A stretch of 64,000 bases of DNA from the human T2T-CHM13v2.0 reference genome, Homo sapiens: NCBI RefSeq assembly GCF_009914755.1, contig NC_060942.1. The stretch is one strand, 5' to 3'. How positions within the stretch are numbered: the stretch's first letter is position 1; each line of letters starts with the position of its first letter. This document shows, piece by piece, positions 46,257 to 59,787 of this stretch. Below the pieces are notes generated by a model. That model did not search any database. It saw only the letters and a program-made list of their open reading frames with translations, and was not told where the DNA came from. The translations under genes were made by a program, and so were the position numbers.

Positions 46257-46613
46257 TGTGTTAGTCCATTTTCACACTGCTGATAAAGACATACCTGAAC
46301 TGAGCAATTTACAAAAGAAAGAGGTTTAATAGACTCACAGTTCCACATAGTTGGAGAGGCCTCACAATCATGGTGGAAGGTGGAGGTACATCTCACATGG
46401 TGGCAGTCAAGAGAAGAAAGCCTGTGCAGGAAAACTCCCCTTTATAAAGCCATCAGATCTCAGGAGATGTATTCACTATCACAAGAATGGTACAGGAAAG
46501 ACTCACCCCTATGATTAAATTACCTCCCACCAGGACCCTCTCACAATATGTGGGAATTGTGGGAGCTACAATTCAAGATGAGATTTGGGTGGGTATATAG
46601 CCAAATCATATCA
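46257..46613 (-). mobile_element. THE1B-like solo LTR inserted in a TG tract
   Basis: TTAGTCCATTTTCACACTGCTGATAAAGACATACC...GAGCTACAATTCAAGATGAGATTTGGGTGGG...CATATCA. Confidence 0.94.
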
Positions 46614-46652
46614 GTGTGTGTGTATACATATATATAATATAAATTTTTATAT

Positions 46653-46753
46653 TTTATAAATATAAAAACATTTTATATTTATAAATATAAAAACATTTTA
46701 TATTTATAAATATAAAAACATTTTATATTTTATAAATATAAAAACATTTTATA
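46653..46753 (+). repeat. 25-bp AT-rich minisatellite, 4 copies
   Basis: TTTATAAATATAAAAACATTTTATA at 46653, 46678, 46703 and 46729, with one extra T at 46728. Confidence 0.93.
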
Positions 46754-47572
46754 TATACATAAAATGTTTAAGGTTAACTTAAACCATTTATATATGTGTG
46801 TATAAATATATATATATAGAGAGAGAGAAGAGTTAATAGACTCTTTTCATTGTATTTTAATGGAAATTTGTTAAGATTTTACTTTCTCTAAAAATAATAT
46901 TGCTATTTTATTTTTATCATGGTTAATAGCACCCAGTGGATATTATCCATTTACTTCAACAGCTCTATGATGTCACCTTTTAAAATAATGTTTCCTCTTA
47001 GCCACACTTTCCCAATTTGAGAGTTAATACCTGTGTAAGTAAATTTTAATAAATGTATATTTATTTTGATAATTAATATGTTTGATTTTATTTGTGACTA
47101 TATTCTTAAATATTTTGTTTATGATTTATTGCTCTTTCTGTTGTATTTGGTCTTTTGTTACATTCTCTGTTTCTCTCTCTCTCTATATATATATATGGAC
47201 AGTTTAGCCTTAAGTTAAAATGATTAAGTAGTTACTATACATATGTTGACTTTCTAGAAAGCTGAAGTTGTCTAGCTTTGTGACGTTAAATAACGCAAAA
47301 GCCTAGAAATCAAGCAAGATTTGTGAAACCTCAAAGCTCATTCTTTTAAATAGTATCTTAATATTTCTTATGTCAATAATCTCCTGTTTCATTTCTATTT
47401 CTTATCTTTGCATTCATTTCATTGTGTTTTTATATCAGATCATTGTACCTTAATTCATTCTGTCCATGAAATGATCTTTTTCTGTTTAACATATTCACGT
47501 AGCATACTGTTATGATAGCATAAAAATTTCTTAAGTTTTCTTTGAAAATTTTAGCAAATCAGAAATATGTTC

Positions 47573-47954
47573 TGCTTTAGTCTGTTGTGCTACTATAACA
47601 AAATACCACAGCCTGAGTAATGTATGAAAAACAGTTCTGGAGACAGAGGAGTCCAAGATCAAGATGCAGACAGATTCCATGTCTGCTGAAGGCCTTGTTT
47701 TCTGTTTGCAAGATGGTGAGTTGTTGCTGCATCCTCTAGAGGGGAGATACACTGAGTCCTCACATGGTGGAATACAGAAGGGCAAAAGGGCCTAATCTAG
47801 TTCCTTTCAGCCCTTTTGTAAGGCAGTAATCCATTTATGAGTGCAGAGCCTTCATATCTTAATCACCTCCCAAAAGGTCCCACCTCCTAATGCCACCACA
47901 ATGGGGATTAAGTTTTAACATGAATTTTGGAGAAGACACATTCAAATCATAGCA
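47573..47954 (-). mobile_element. MSTD/MLT1A-type MaLR solo LTR
   Basis: TTAGTCTGTTGTGCTACTATAACAAAATACCAC...GTCCAAGATCAAG...CATTCAAATCATAGCA. TSD TG(T/C)TC at 47568 and 47955. Confidence 0.9.
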
Positions 47955-48539
47955 TGCTCTTACTTTGACACTTCAGAATGCATATGTTTCTCTTTCACAG
48001 AGAGTTTACAGGGGACTTCATTGCCTTTAAACAATAAGAAACTACTATAAATTTCCCGGGAATTTGTCTATAGTCATATAACGTGTTTCTTCACGTTTTC
48101 TCATGTTACAATGAGCACCTGAAAATAGGACATGACTCCATCATAACTGGAATTCAAAAAGTATTCTTTTGCATGACAAAAATATACAGACTTCAGGCCT
48201 GTCAGTATCTCGAATGTGTGAGCAAGTCTCACATTTTTCGTTTTGATCCTGGTTTAAATCTTCTCTTATTGTAATAGCAGGAGGGCCAGTTGGTCCAATT
48301 GATAGTACCAAATGGCCATTCAAATAGAGGATCCAAAGGTTTGAGGGACTTAAACACATGAGAAATCAGATTAACCCTTTCATAGCAAGCAAAACCCACA
48401 AACCTCTGCATGCTGAGTTACCAGCACTCTTCCTTTCTTCTCCATCACCATTGACATGGACATGTTTTGTATCTGCCCCACTTCTCCTTGGTCTACCACA
48501 CTTCCATAAGTCAATAACAATCATGTTCAATGTATGAGG

Positions 48540-48850
48540 TTTGAATTAGCCTTACTCTGCCCATGTCACTAATCAGACAGTGTGTAATGCAGGCCTGCCA
48601 AATCTCACTACTCGATTTCCCTGGCCTCTGTAAATAGTTCAAGGATGGAAATAGTAGCCATGTCAGGCCAGAAGCCACCATGGGCTTCTGCTTCGCATGT
48701 TTAAAAGACGCTTTGCTTTCTGAAGTATTGCTAACATGATAGTAAGAATATTAAGCTACCAGTGGTAGCTTCTTTGTCACCCTTTTGAAAAAGTCTACCT
48801 AGGAATGAATCTAACTTACTAAATACAGTGCTGAGAGATGGAGGGAGAAA
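48540..48850 (+). mobile_element. Old ERVL LTR fragment (LTR16-like)
   Basis: TTCCCTGGCC...GTTCAAGGATGG and TTTGTCACC...GAATGAATCTAAC...GCTGAGAGATGGAG resemble LTR16-family motifs. Confidence 0.45.
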
Positions 48851-48956
48851 GAGAAAGAAAATAAAGAAATGGGAGTGGAGGAGAAAGGCCTTAAGCTCTA
48901 AACATTCTCAATTTAGAATCATCTTTGCATAATTTAATTATATAAGAAGGAAGAGG

Positions 48957-49171
48957 AGAGCTGGTGAAATTTTTCTATAAGTGGATGACCATACCGTAAA
49001 TATTTTAGGTTTTGACGGCCAGATGGTTTCTGTCTCAATTACTCAACTCAGCTGTTGTAGTGGGAACACAGTAATAAACAATACATAAAGGCATGAATAT
49101 GACTTTTTTTCCAATAAAACTTTATTTATAAAAATATGCAGTGGCTTCAGGCCATAGTTTGTCAACCTCTG
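48957..49171. mobile_element. MER58A hAT-Charlie MITE
   Basis: GTAAATATTTTAGGTTTTG..GGCCA, TACTCAACTC..CTGTTGTAG, CCAATAAAACTTTATTTA and GGCCATAGTTTGTCAACCTCTG. Confidence 0.88.
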
Positions 49172-50458
49172 ATACAAAATAAAAAATTTTCTTTTTTTCT
49201 GAAGTATAATCGTATTTATATTATTTGCTGTCATAAGATGCTTCACTTAGAAAAAAACTTTCAGTGCCGTTTCTATAGAAAGTATATATTGCACAGCATA
49301 TTCTCTGCAATTACTCAGTCTGTAATTTCTAGTATATGTCCTACTCTTTTTCAAGTAAATTAAGTATTATAATGAGCATTAGACAAAAGTGATACTGTGT
49401 CTCTGGCGGGGGACAGGAATCGTCCATTTAAAAAAGCAATCCTCTTGCAATGGTCAAGAAGCCGCTTTATTATCTGTTATACTTCCTAGGCTTCTGAGGG
49501 AGGCATTTTCTCCCCGTTTTACTTACAGGGGACGAGACTATTCCTTTTAGAAAAGTGAACAACGAGAGAGCCACCTATTATTTTCTCAATCCAGCTCAAT
49601 TGTCTGTATACTTAATGCCAAATCTTTTCAGATAAGAACAAAAGATTTTCTGTCAGTTGAATTTTGGGGGGTAGTGAATTTTCAATGTTTTTCTGTCTTC
49701 TTTCTTCAAAAGAGTTTCAGTAGAAAATGTAAAGTGTCTGTATTTAGAGCTGCTGACCCAATGATATTTGGACCAGGACGTTGTTCAATATAATGAAATA
49801 AACACACTGCACAGCTTTAGGGCATTTTTATTTATTTATTTTTAGTTAAAGTTGTGAGAAATAAATGAGGGATGAAAGAGCAGACACTGGCAGTAATTAA
49901 ACTTTCTGAGAAGCCTATGAGTTTCCCAAACCCTTAGCAAACATATTAGAAAAGGCCTGATTCAGAGACAGGTGCCAGGCCCAGTAATTCAGGAGCATAT
50001 GCATGATCTCAACCTGGGGAATGAAAATAAAAGAAGAAGCATTAATCAGAACTCTAATCAATGAGTGATACAATAAGGTTGATCTTACCTTATTCAGTTA
50101 GAAAAGCTCACATTGAGGCAATATCGAAGTAGTCACCATTTTCATACTGATTATATCAGGAAAAATGAGGGTAATGATTCAGATTTGGCAGCTGTGGTAT
50201 TCTCTTGTAAGAGAAACTAATAAAGGGACACTAAATCTTGATATACTTATCACATTTGGGCCGTCAGGAGTATATAATCTTCTCCAAAGTTTCTTGGATT
50301 TGTTCAGTGCAGCATATTTCATTGGGCAGAAAAGTTCCCTCCCCCAACCCCTCCTTTCAGAGCATTGCCTAAAGGAACAAAACTGCACATTCCAGAAGAA
50401 GAACAGGTCATTGCTTTATAAACAAGTTATTTACTAAAGAGCTTCCAAAAACATTCAG

Positions 50459-50488
50459 ACACACACACACACACACATACACACACAC
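50459..50488 (+). repeat. (CA)n microsatellite, interrupted
   Basis: ACACACACACACACACATACACACACAC, seen directly. Confidence 0.9.
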
Positions 50489-51879
50489 CTTTATCTGCAC
50501 ACTAGTATCCCAATTTAATTTACTTGGGCACAAAGTAGCTTCACATTTGTGAAACTGTTTACAATATATATTTTGCATATAAAAGTATATCTTTTAACCC
50601 AATATCCATTGTCACTCATATTCTGGTATTAGGATGAAAGATTAAGGAAAGTGAATACATGCAAAGAATACTTCATATCTAAAATGGAATACAGACAAAT
50701 AGAGACAAATGCGTGTATGTGCACACACACATGTACGTGTTCTCAAAGTGTATAAGGCTGAGGTTGAGTTAGACAAATATAGTCAGTTTTACGTTTTGCT
50801 GTGAGTTTTACATTTGGCTGAGTTTGCCAAGAAGTAGGCAAGGCGGGCCATTATGAAGAAGTACAGATATTATTGTCACTGTTGATGCACTAATGGAGTG
50901 GCTGGGCTGCTAATGGATGCTCTTCCTGACAACAAATAAAATGGGTATTTTATTGTATTTATATTTTTCTGAGTTTTTTATTTCACTGCTGAATTCTTAA
51001 TTGTATTTTTTGTATTGCATCTTGTAATAGTATTTTTATTGTATTTTTTATTTCATTGCTTTTTCCAGACATCTTCTGGATGCAGAGACTCTCACTATAC
51101 AGAATTTAAGAGTTGTTTTATTGCTACAACTGGTCTCTCTGAGCTAAACTTTCATTAGAAGCCCTAAACATCTTGTAATGCACTACTTTCAAGTTGTCTA
51201 GTGGTCTTTTGCCTACCTGCACCAGAAGCTTCCTTCGTGGGGCCCTTTGTTTTATGGCATTTGACATGAATAATAAATATTCAAATGTATATTTCCCCTA
51301 AAAAATTTATGTTTTTTTGATAAAAGGCCTATGTTCTCTTTGAATTCTTTCTAATCCATATTCTGTTATACAAAAGCCCTACTTTTGATATATATCATTT
51401 TTTCTGTATTTATATATTAGTGTGACAATTTGTATGAACATATAAAGATTTTATATACACTGTTTGAAAACAAATCCTTAAAGACAGACTTCTAGAGTTG
51501 AAAGTAATCTACCAGCAGGAAAGATGTGGTGTACTGGAAAAAGTTCTAAACTTCAAGTTAATAAACTTAGCTTCAAGGTTTGCCATCCTTACACCAGCAT
51601 CTTAGAAAATAAAAATGAATATTGGAAACTCAGATTTTGTTATCTGAAAATTGTGGGACAATGTTCACAATATTGTGCTATGTAAGGAACTTGGTTGTTG
51701 TAAACTAAAATCAGACAATGAGATGAAAATTCTTCATAATGTATATGGGGCTACAGGAATTTGCATTGAAATCATAAACTTTCTTCACTCATCTCAATTT
51801 GATTGGCTATTCCTATTTCATAAAAGTCCCAAGAATACTTGTAGAGTCCTGAAAAATGTATTTTCTCCCACAAAATAGT

Positions 51880-52160
51880 CTTCTCACAAATACCTGTTCA
51901 CTTCCTCAGATCTCTATACAATGTCATCTCTGACCAATTTACCTAAAATGATTTTTCTCCCATCTCCATTTCTTTCTATTCTCTTATAACACTTTATTTA
52001 TCTTCCCAACACTTATCATCACCTGATGTAATATATATTTGGGTCTGTAAATTGTTTGCCCCCTCAGATGAGAGTCTTATCTTTTAATTACTGCTATAAC
52101 TTGTATTTTGAAATTATAAATTCCATTAACAGGCATTCAATAAATCTCTCTCTATTAAAT
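51880..52160 (+). mobile_element. L2 fragment
   Basis: CACTTCCTCAGATCTCT...CACTTATCATCACCTGA...TTGTTTGCCCCCTCAGATG...AGGCATTCAATAAAT. Confidence 0.55.
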
Positions 52161-55100
52161 ATATCATGGTATGCTCATAATGTAGTAAAAATAACTATAA
52201 CCCAAAGACTTATGCAAGCCCAAAAAATTAAGATTTCAGGTTTTATTACTGTAGATGAAAATCTAGTTGTATGTGCAATAGAGCTTCTTTATCCTCTTTA
52301 CATCAAAGTACTTCCTTCATTTATATAGCATTGACCTTACATGTTAGACTTCTCTCCTTCTACAGCAGTGCATAACTCAGAGCTTAAGAAAAATCTGCCG
52401 AGTGTCTAAAGACACATTTACTATATATAATCTTGCTGATAACAGATTCAGTACAATCTTAGAATTATATAATATATATTAATTTTAACCAGAAGATACA
52501 TCATAAGTGTCAGAAGAGATGCATCTGAGTTTGTAGTGCCTTCAACATACTGAAGAATGGCTTCAGTACGTAAGACATTCTTATGAAATCCTATTCTTGC
52601 AATGTTTCATGATTGCCACTGGCATGGTAACCACCTCACCAGTTTTCCAACAAAGAATGAGAACTGCCACTGTTTTGATGACAAATTAACATAAAGATCA
52701 TTACCCTCCTTTGCTGTCATTGTTGTTGCTAAATAGCATGCACAGTTGATCTGATTTTTGTTGAATTATTTTCCCAGTACACTTTTGCAATGAGGGTAAA
52801 AAACAATGATGTTTACTCTTTCTAGGACATTCTGATTGGCAAATGCTATGTGTGTGTTTGTGCATGTGAGTGTCCGCTAAGCATTTGTGAAAGCTACAAT
52901 AAAGAATAGTCTCCTAGAGTTTGGAAATTAAGGCTTGAAAGGAAATAAGACTGGTATTCTTCTTGGAAAATAGGTTCATTTGTAGAGTTGTGTTCACAGG
53001 CCTAGGTAGACACATGCTCCTGGCTGTTGAATTTGTAATGCAAAGTTGGTAGAATTCAGTCTCTATTGTTGCAATAAGAGCTTTATAAATGTGCCAAGCA
53101 ACATTTGAAGTGTATCAGAGAAGGGAGAGTCATTTTTACCTCTGATGTTATCATTAGCCATAAGAATTTACAAAATGATAAGGCCATAAGTATTCCTATA
53201 TGTATGACGTTTAACACCTGCAACCACAGAATGCATCTCTGAAAATACAGACTCTACTATCAGAGTAAGGTCACAGGCAAAGATTAGATATTCCAAAAAT
53301 ATTAGAATGATAGGTAAGGTTAGGAATGACTAATATTTGTATTGATCCACTTTTTAAGTTGTTTTAAATTTCTTATTTTATTGTTTCTTACAATGTTTCT
53401 AGGAGACAGTGTTTTTCCATGATAAACAGTATCCTTCTTATTTGATAGCTAATGAGATGGACGCACATAAAGGTGAAAGAAAATTATACCAAGAATCTTT
53501 AGAAACTAAGTCAAATAATAATACGAGAGTTTTACTATATATTACAGCCAGAGATGTTATATATAGTTACAATTCACCTAATTTTTCCTACATTATAAGC
53601 AAACCTGCTCCATTTTAAGGGATAGATTTGAGGGGACTGTTGTTTTTAATACAAATTTGTTTTGTTTGATACTTACGTGTTTAATCATTATTGCTGCTGG
53701 CTATTGTTCCTTTTCATGTATTTTAATACTTTAATCAATGGAAATTTTACTGGTGCTTGTACCCTGAGGCTGTTGAAAGTGGAGGGTGCAATTATATAAA
53801 TATACAATTGAAATAAGAAAAAAATAAAACAGATGGGCATAGAGACCATGTGGATATTAAGTGATAAAGTCCTTCAGGAGCTAGATAAAGAGGTAGAGCT
53901 CTTCCCAGATGAGTATTTGCATTAGAATCCCCGAATTAAAGAAGTTCATAGCTTCTGTTCATTGCACTTTGTCACCTAAAAATTCTCTCCTGCTTTTTCA
54001 AAAATCATTTAAAGTCCAAAATTCTATATGAGGCATTAACCTAAATAATCATAATATCTTGAATCTCTTGACTACTTATTGCAAATATAAGCTGCAGGCT
54101 TTATTTTTGTAACTGATGATACTAAACGTAGTACCTGACTGTATCCTAGCTGATAGTTTTGCTCTGCTTGTTTTATATTGAATTATACATTACATCCTTT
54201 ATATATGTTTGTCTCCTCTTATCCAAATGGATTTCAGAAACCTGAGAGTAGATGTCATCCAGGTGAGTCTTTCGTATATCCCTCAGGAAGTAGCATAGCT
54301 CAATGTCCATAACTACTTGAGAAATACCTGTACAATTAATTGAAAATGTGCGTATAACACTAATGTCATAAATAGTGTAAATTACTCATTTACCATTGGT
54401 TTTTTCCTTTCTCTTTCATTTCATTTCTCATACGATCATCCCAAGCAAATTAAAAAAATTATCACTGTCCCCTCTATTACCACAGGATAGAGGGCTGAGG
54501 AGATGCTGGATAAAAATATCTCCAAAATTTAATTATATCAAACATTGAAATATATTCTGAAGGGTACTATAATCTTCCTGCCAATATCTTAGAATTAAAA
54601 AATAAGAAAGACTATTAACTTTCTAAATTTTTGTTTTCAACTGCTAGGAAGAAAAAGAGACTTACTAATCTCTTAGGACTCTTTAATAATAAGGGTTATC
54701 GGATTTTCTCATAATGATTAAATTAATGGAGGTGGACACGTAAAACGTTTGATGGAGCTGACCTTCTCGTGAAGAAGGAAGTTTCCACTCTCTTCCAATC
54801 GTGCTGAAACTTGCATTTCTTTTAATGACTCCACTTAGAGCAGCAGGAAGCTAAGTGATCATCACCAGCAGGTACTTAGACAAGAGTGAGAGGTTGGATG
54901 TGGACTGCTCTATTAAAACATCCCTGTCTAAACAGGGCTTCCTGGAGCTTAAGTGCCCATTGCTGCAGAAGCCAGGATCCCATCTGTGAGCACACAGCAA
55001 AGCTCTCAGCTCTGTCTAATGAGAGGAACTGCATCAAGGAGACATCCTTAAATAGACAAAAGATCCATGGCATCTAATGGACAATTAGTTAACTTCATTC

Positions 55101-56575
55101 TTCAGAGTTTTTAAGCATCTGATAAACGGGGAAATAAAGAAAAATGCTCTGAGTGAAGCACTGACGGAAATTAAAAGCATTCTAATAGGAAATGACTTTC
55201 AGGTTTTAAATATTTTCAGTATTATTCTGTCTTAAAGTAAAACGACTAGTGGTCATGCTGTCTATTTTTTACCTTTGTTTCAAATTGTTAAGACTATGGC
55301 TAATGCCATTACATGTGGTTAGAACATATGTTGGTCCACTTTTTTGAAATACGTGTTGAAATTAGTGAGCATATTCCAAATATTGCCAAATTTAATTAAA
55401 TGACATTCAATAATATTCAATCTGGAATAGATCTTAAGGTAAAGTGTTCAATTTGTTATTTAACAGATGATGAAACCAAGGCCCCAAAAGGATAAATGGT
55501 TTTTCTAGGGAAGTCATCTTCTAAAATACAGGATTGGCAATTTTTCAGCTTCGTATTTTGTTTCTTCATCACACTGTTTGATTGAGGAATGTAAGGAAGC
55601 TACATATAATGATAGCATTATAAATTGTTTATGTAAATTAATGTATATTATTTTAAGATAAAATATTAAAGCCTATGAAAAATGTCACGTATATTCACTT
55701 TCAAATAATCTGTATCTAGTTGGGAGAGAAAGACTCAGATACAGAGCAATACAATGTAATGTATAAGAAGGATCAAAATGTGTGCATGAATAATGAGTGC
55801 TCTCAGTGGCCAAGAAAAAGAGACATGACCCTGAGCTATCCCAAATGGAAAGACTATGGAAGTAAGGAAAGTTCTCTCTAAACAGTTAATCAGGACTTGA
55901 GAGTACAAAAGAACTAAAAAATGCCTGCCATTGAGTGTAGAATTGGAATTTATGGGTGTGTGGCATTTAACTGACTGATTTAAGAATCAATTTTTTTAAT
56001 GTGTCTCTGTGTGTTTGGGGGACACTAGTAGAGTCACTTTTCTTACTTAGAGAGTTAATATTTGATTCACTAAATACAACAGTAAGTACAATGGAAGTCA
56101 TTAGTTAATGCTAACAGCAAAAACAATAACAACACTATTGTTCTATTCCTTATCTTCTGGAGTCCTTAAGCACAACCCCGTGAGATGGGAACGTTTCTTT
56201 TTTCCCACATTATAAATGAGGAAAATGAGAAACAGAAATAAAGTAGATTGATTCCAAGCATATGTGGCTCAAAATTGTAGGCTTTTAACTATGAAGTCAT
56301 ATTTTTAAAATTCACAAATTTTATTAAAAATATACATTGTTAAAAATGTTAAAATGAAAGCATTAAAATACAAATTTGTCTCTCATCATCATGCTAATTT
56401 TTTTTTCAACTAAAGCAGGACTAATTCCAAAAGAAATCAAATTTTCCCCAAGGCTTCCAGATTATAATACTAATACAGATTTCACTCTATTAGTGTCTCC
56501 TTTCCGCCCAGTCCCAAAGGCTGATATTGATGGTGGCTGCTTCTGAATTTGGAGATGTGAATAAGGCCTGGAGAA

Positions 56576-56729
56576 CAGTGTCTGTCATTAAAAAGTTGCC
56601 ATCTGTCTTTTTTTGATATCTACTATGCTGTAGTAAGTCATAGTATTTCTCTATCCTTTCAATGACAGCTCATGGTAAGATAAACTCACCACGATAAGAT
56701 AAATGGCAACTTTTTAATGAAAACCACTA
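56576..56729. repeat. 154-bp element with long terminal inverted repeats (MITE-like, family not recognised)
   Basis: 56585-56609 TCATTAAAAAGTTGCCATCTGTCTT pairs with 56696-56720 at 23 of 25 positions, including an 18-bp perfect core. Outer ends are CAGTG and CACTA. Confidence 0.8.
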
Positions 56730-57033
56730 TGTGTGAGCTGCTTGGTTAGGTTACAGTTCCTCAAAGTGCATCTCATACCTTATTCTCTAATATCAAAACC
56801 AATGACCTATTCTTCAAAGGATTTTCTTTTCAGTTCTGTAACCTACATGATTTACAAAGTTCTCCCCCAGCCTTTTTTTTTTTTTTTAATCCTCTCAGAA
56901 TGAGACCTTGAGTGACCCTGTAGCCTTAACTTCTTACAGCAAAAATTTTTGGAAGTGTTTGTTTAGAAGACAAAAACAAATTTTTTTCACAATTTTAAAG
57001 ATTATGTTTGAATAAGTCTGGCTAAGTAAGTGA

Positions 57034-57378
<345 letters not shown>

Positions 57379-57542
57379 TGAAAATAAATGCACTTTAAAA
57401 AGTGATAAGACTTATATCTAGAACTAGTTCTAATCAATCACAGCTGTGCTGTAACTGTCTGGATGAAGTATCTTCTGCAAGTACCTGCCTACCTACCTGT
57501 CAGATGGGGGAGTGCAACACTACTTGGTTGGAGTAAACCTGG

Positions 57543-57906
57543 TGATATGGTTTGGCTCTGTGTCCCCACTCAAATCTCACCTTGAATTGTAATCCCCACA
57601 ATCTCCATGTGCCAAGGGCAGGACCATGTGGAGGTAATTGAATCATGGGGGTGGTTTCCCCCATGCTGTACTCATGATAATGAGTGAGTCTCATGAGATC
57701 TGATGGTTTTTTAAAGCATCTGGCCTTTCCCCTGCTGGCAGTCATTCTCTTTCCTGTAGCCCTGTGAAAAGGTGTCTTTGCCATGATTGTAAGTTTCCTG
57801 AGGCTTTCCCAGCCATGCAGAACTGTGAGTCAATTAAACCCCTTTTCTTTATAAATTACCCAGTCTCAGGAATTTATTCACAGCAGCTTGAGAACGAACT
57901 AATACA
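57543..57906 (+). mobile_element. THE1D-like solo LTR
   Basis: TGATATGGTTTGGCTCTGTGTCCCCAC...GAACTAATACA, with TSD (C/G)CTGG at 57538 and 57907. Confidence 0.94.
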
Positions 57907-58494
57907 GCTGGTATCAATGCCACAACAGTGTGGGGTGCAGACTTGCCACAGAGATGCTCTCTTCAGGTCCTTTCTTATTGCTGCTGGGGCATCTGAATAT
58001 TTTTCAGATGAAAAGATAAAAAATAACCTCATACAACAGTTATGGGACTTTATACAACAGTTAAAATACTCTGTAGAACAATCTTTATATAGTAACACCT
58101 TAAACAAAATTATCAGTAAGGCTGAAAATACACATTTTATTTCTGACTATCAAAACACATTTCAAAATTTCCCAATACTTTTGCTTACCTTAAATAGATC
58201 AGTCAAGGTCAAAACAAACTGTCTCATCACTACAAATTTCACAAGGCCTCAAGGTCATTATTTTGAAAAGGTTTCATGGAATTAGATTTATTTTTAAACA
58301 TTTTATTAAATTACTATAGAGATATCTGTTTCCTTTTGTGACTTTTTCCCTAACAAACACTTAGACGTTTGGTTTAAATCAGAAGATGATTATATCTACA
58401 TTTGTATACTTAATTCAGTTTTGATTAAGCCAAGTTTTGTTATATTGGGTTTACTAAGAAAATTCTTTTCATAGTGAATGAGTGACAATGATAA

Positions 58495-59780
58495 ATATAG
58501 TCACTCAATAATTATTCATTGAGTATCTATCATATACAAGCACTAATCTAAATAATGGGAGTCAATGTTGAATAAAAGAAAATTCTGCCCCCATGGCAAG
58601 AACCATTATAATCAGGGTTTGTGGGGAATTGAACAATAATAAATACTATGAGTTTAGAGAGTAATTAAGTCATAAAATAATAAAGTCAAATATAATATGA
58701 AGTGGTATGAGATAGTAATGGATGATTTGCTTTACAATCAGCGGTGATGCCATTTATGTTAATATCTAATGATGGGAAGGGATCCAAGAAGTGTAATTCC
58801 AGAGGGACCAAGAGGTGCAAATGGTGATGAGTCTTACAGTTACCAGAGTAGGAAAGAATGTTTGTCTTTGAGCTACAGCACTGCCAATGAGAGGCAAAGC
58901 ATTAGGAAATGATATTGGAAAAGTAGGCAAGGGTGAGATCCTATATGGCCATGAAGATCATGGCAAGAAGTTTGGATTTGTTCTATGCATCGTTGGAAAC
59001 CATAGAGTAATTTTAAGCATGGAAATAGCATGATCTTAAATAAAATAAAATTGCCCTGGCTATTATGTGGCGAATGTAACACACAGGTGCGACAGTAGAC
59101 CCAGAAAACAAAGAAAAGGCTATCTCAGTAGTCTCTGAACAATAATGGTGATTTATTCAGAGGTGATAGTGCTGGAAATGGAAGAAATTGGTGAATATAA
59201 TAAACATTCAGAAGCCAGTATCAATCACATTTGCTGATGGAAAAGGCAATGGGAAGAGTAGTGTGAAGACAGAGAAGAATTGAGGAAGACACTACATTTC
59301 GGGCCTGAGCAACTACTTGCAGTGGAAAAGTGTAGAGAAGAGAAAGTGTATTTGGAGATAATATCTTTCTGTTTATTCATTTACTTGCAATGAAGTTTGA
59401 GATGCTTGAACAGTCAACCAAGAAAACATGGTAAGTAGGCAATTGGATATATGAGTATAGAGTGCAGGGGAGAGCTCACAATCAGCAGTAGAAATTTGTA
59501 TGTGAGAAGCATGTTTTGGCAGTTAAATGATATGGATTGGATCAGTTCACCTGAGGAATGTATATAGATAAAGAGCATTTTGAGGTCACAATGAGAAAGT
59601 GGCACAAGTAAAATTGACTAAGACAGAATAGCCAGTGGAGTGGAAGGAGAACCAGATGAATGTGGTTTCAAAAAGTCTGAAACAAATATTTCAGACATAA
59701 AAGAGTAGCCAGTTCTGTAAAATGACATGGGAAAGCTGAGTAAGAAGACTGAAAACTGACTTTTGGATTTTGCAAGCAGT
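58495..59780 (-). mobile_element. L2 (L2a-like) fragment
   Basis: CACTCAATAATTATTCATTGAGTATCTA, TTGGAAACCATAGAGTAATTTTAAGCA, TTTCGGGCCTGAGCAACT, AAGTTTGAGATGCTT and AGGCAATTGGATATATGAGT. Confidence 0.8.
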
Positions 59781-59787
59781 TGCTTAT

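Noticed and set aside
46653-46753. Direct repeats of CRISPR-like length
   Set aside because: Head-to-tail with no unique spacers, no cas genes, and primate context.
48753-48771. Short perfect inverted repeats (also 209-250, 2305-2332, 60291-60310, 60671-60692)
   Set aside because: Stems of 8-9 bp are expected by chance several times in 64 kb.
50814-50830. TTGGC...GCCAA as an NFI site
   Set aside because: The spacer is 7 nt, whereas the canonical NFI palindrome needs 5.
57764-58285. 173-aa ORF, the longest in the window
   Set aside because: Starts inside a THE1 LTR at a non-ATG codon and runs into AT-rich flank. No recognisable homology.
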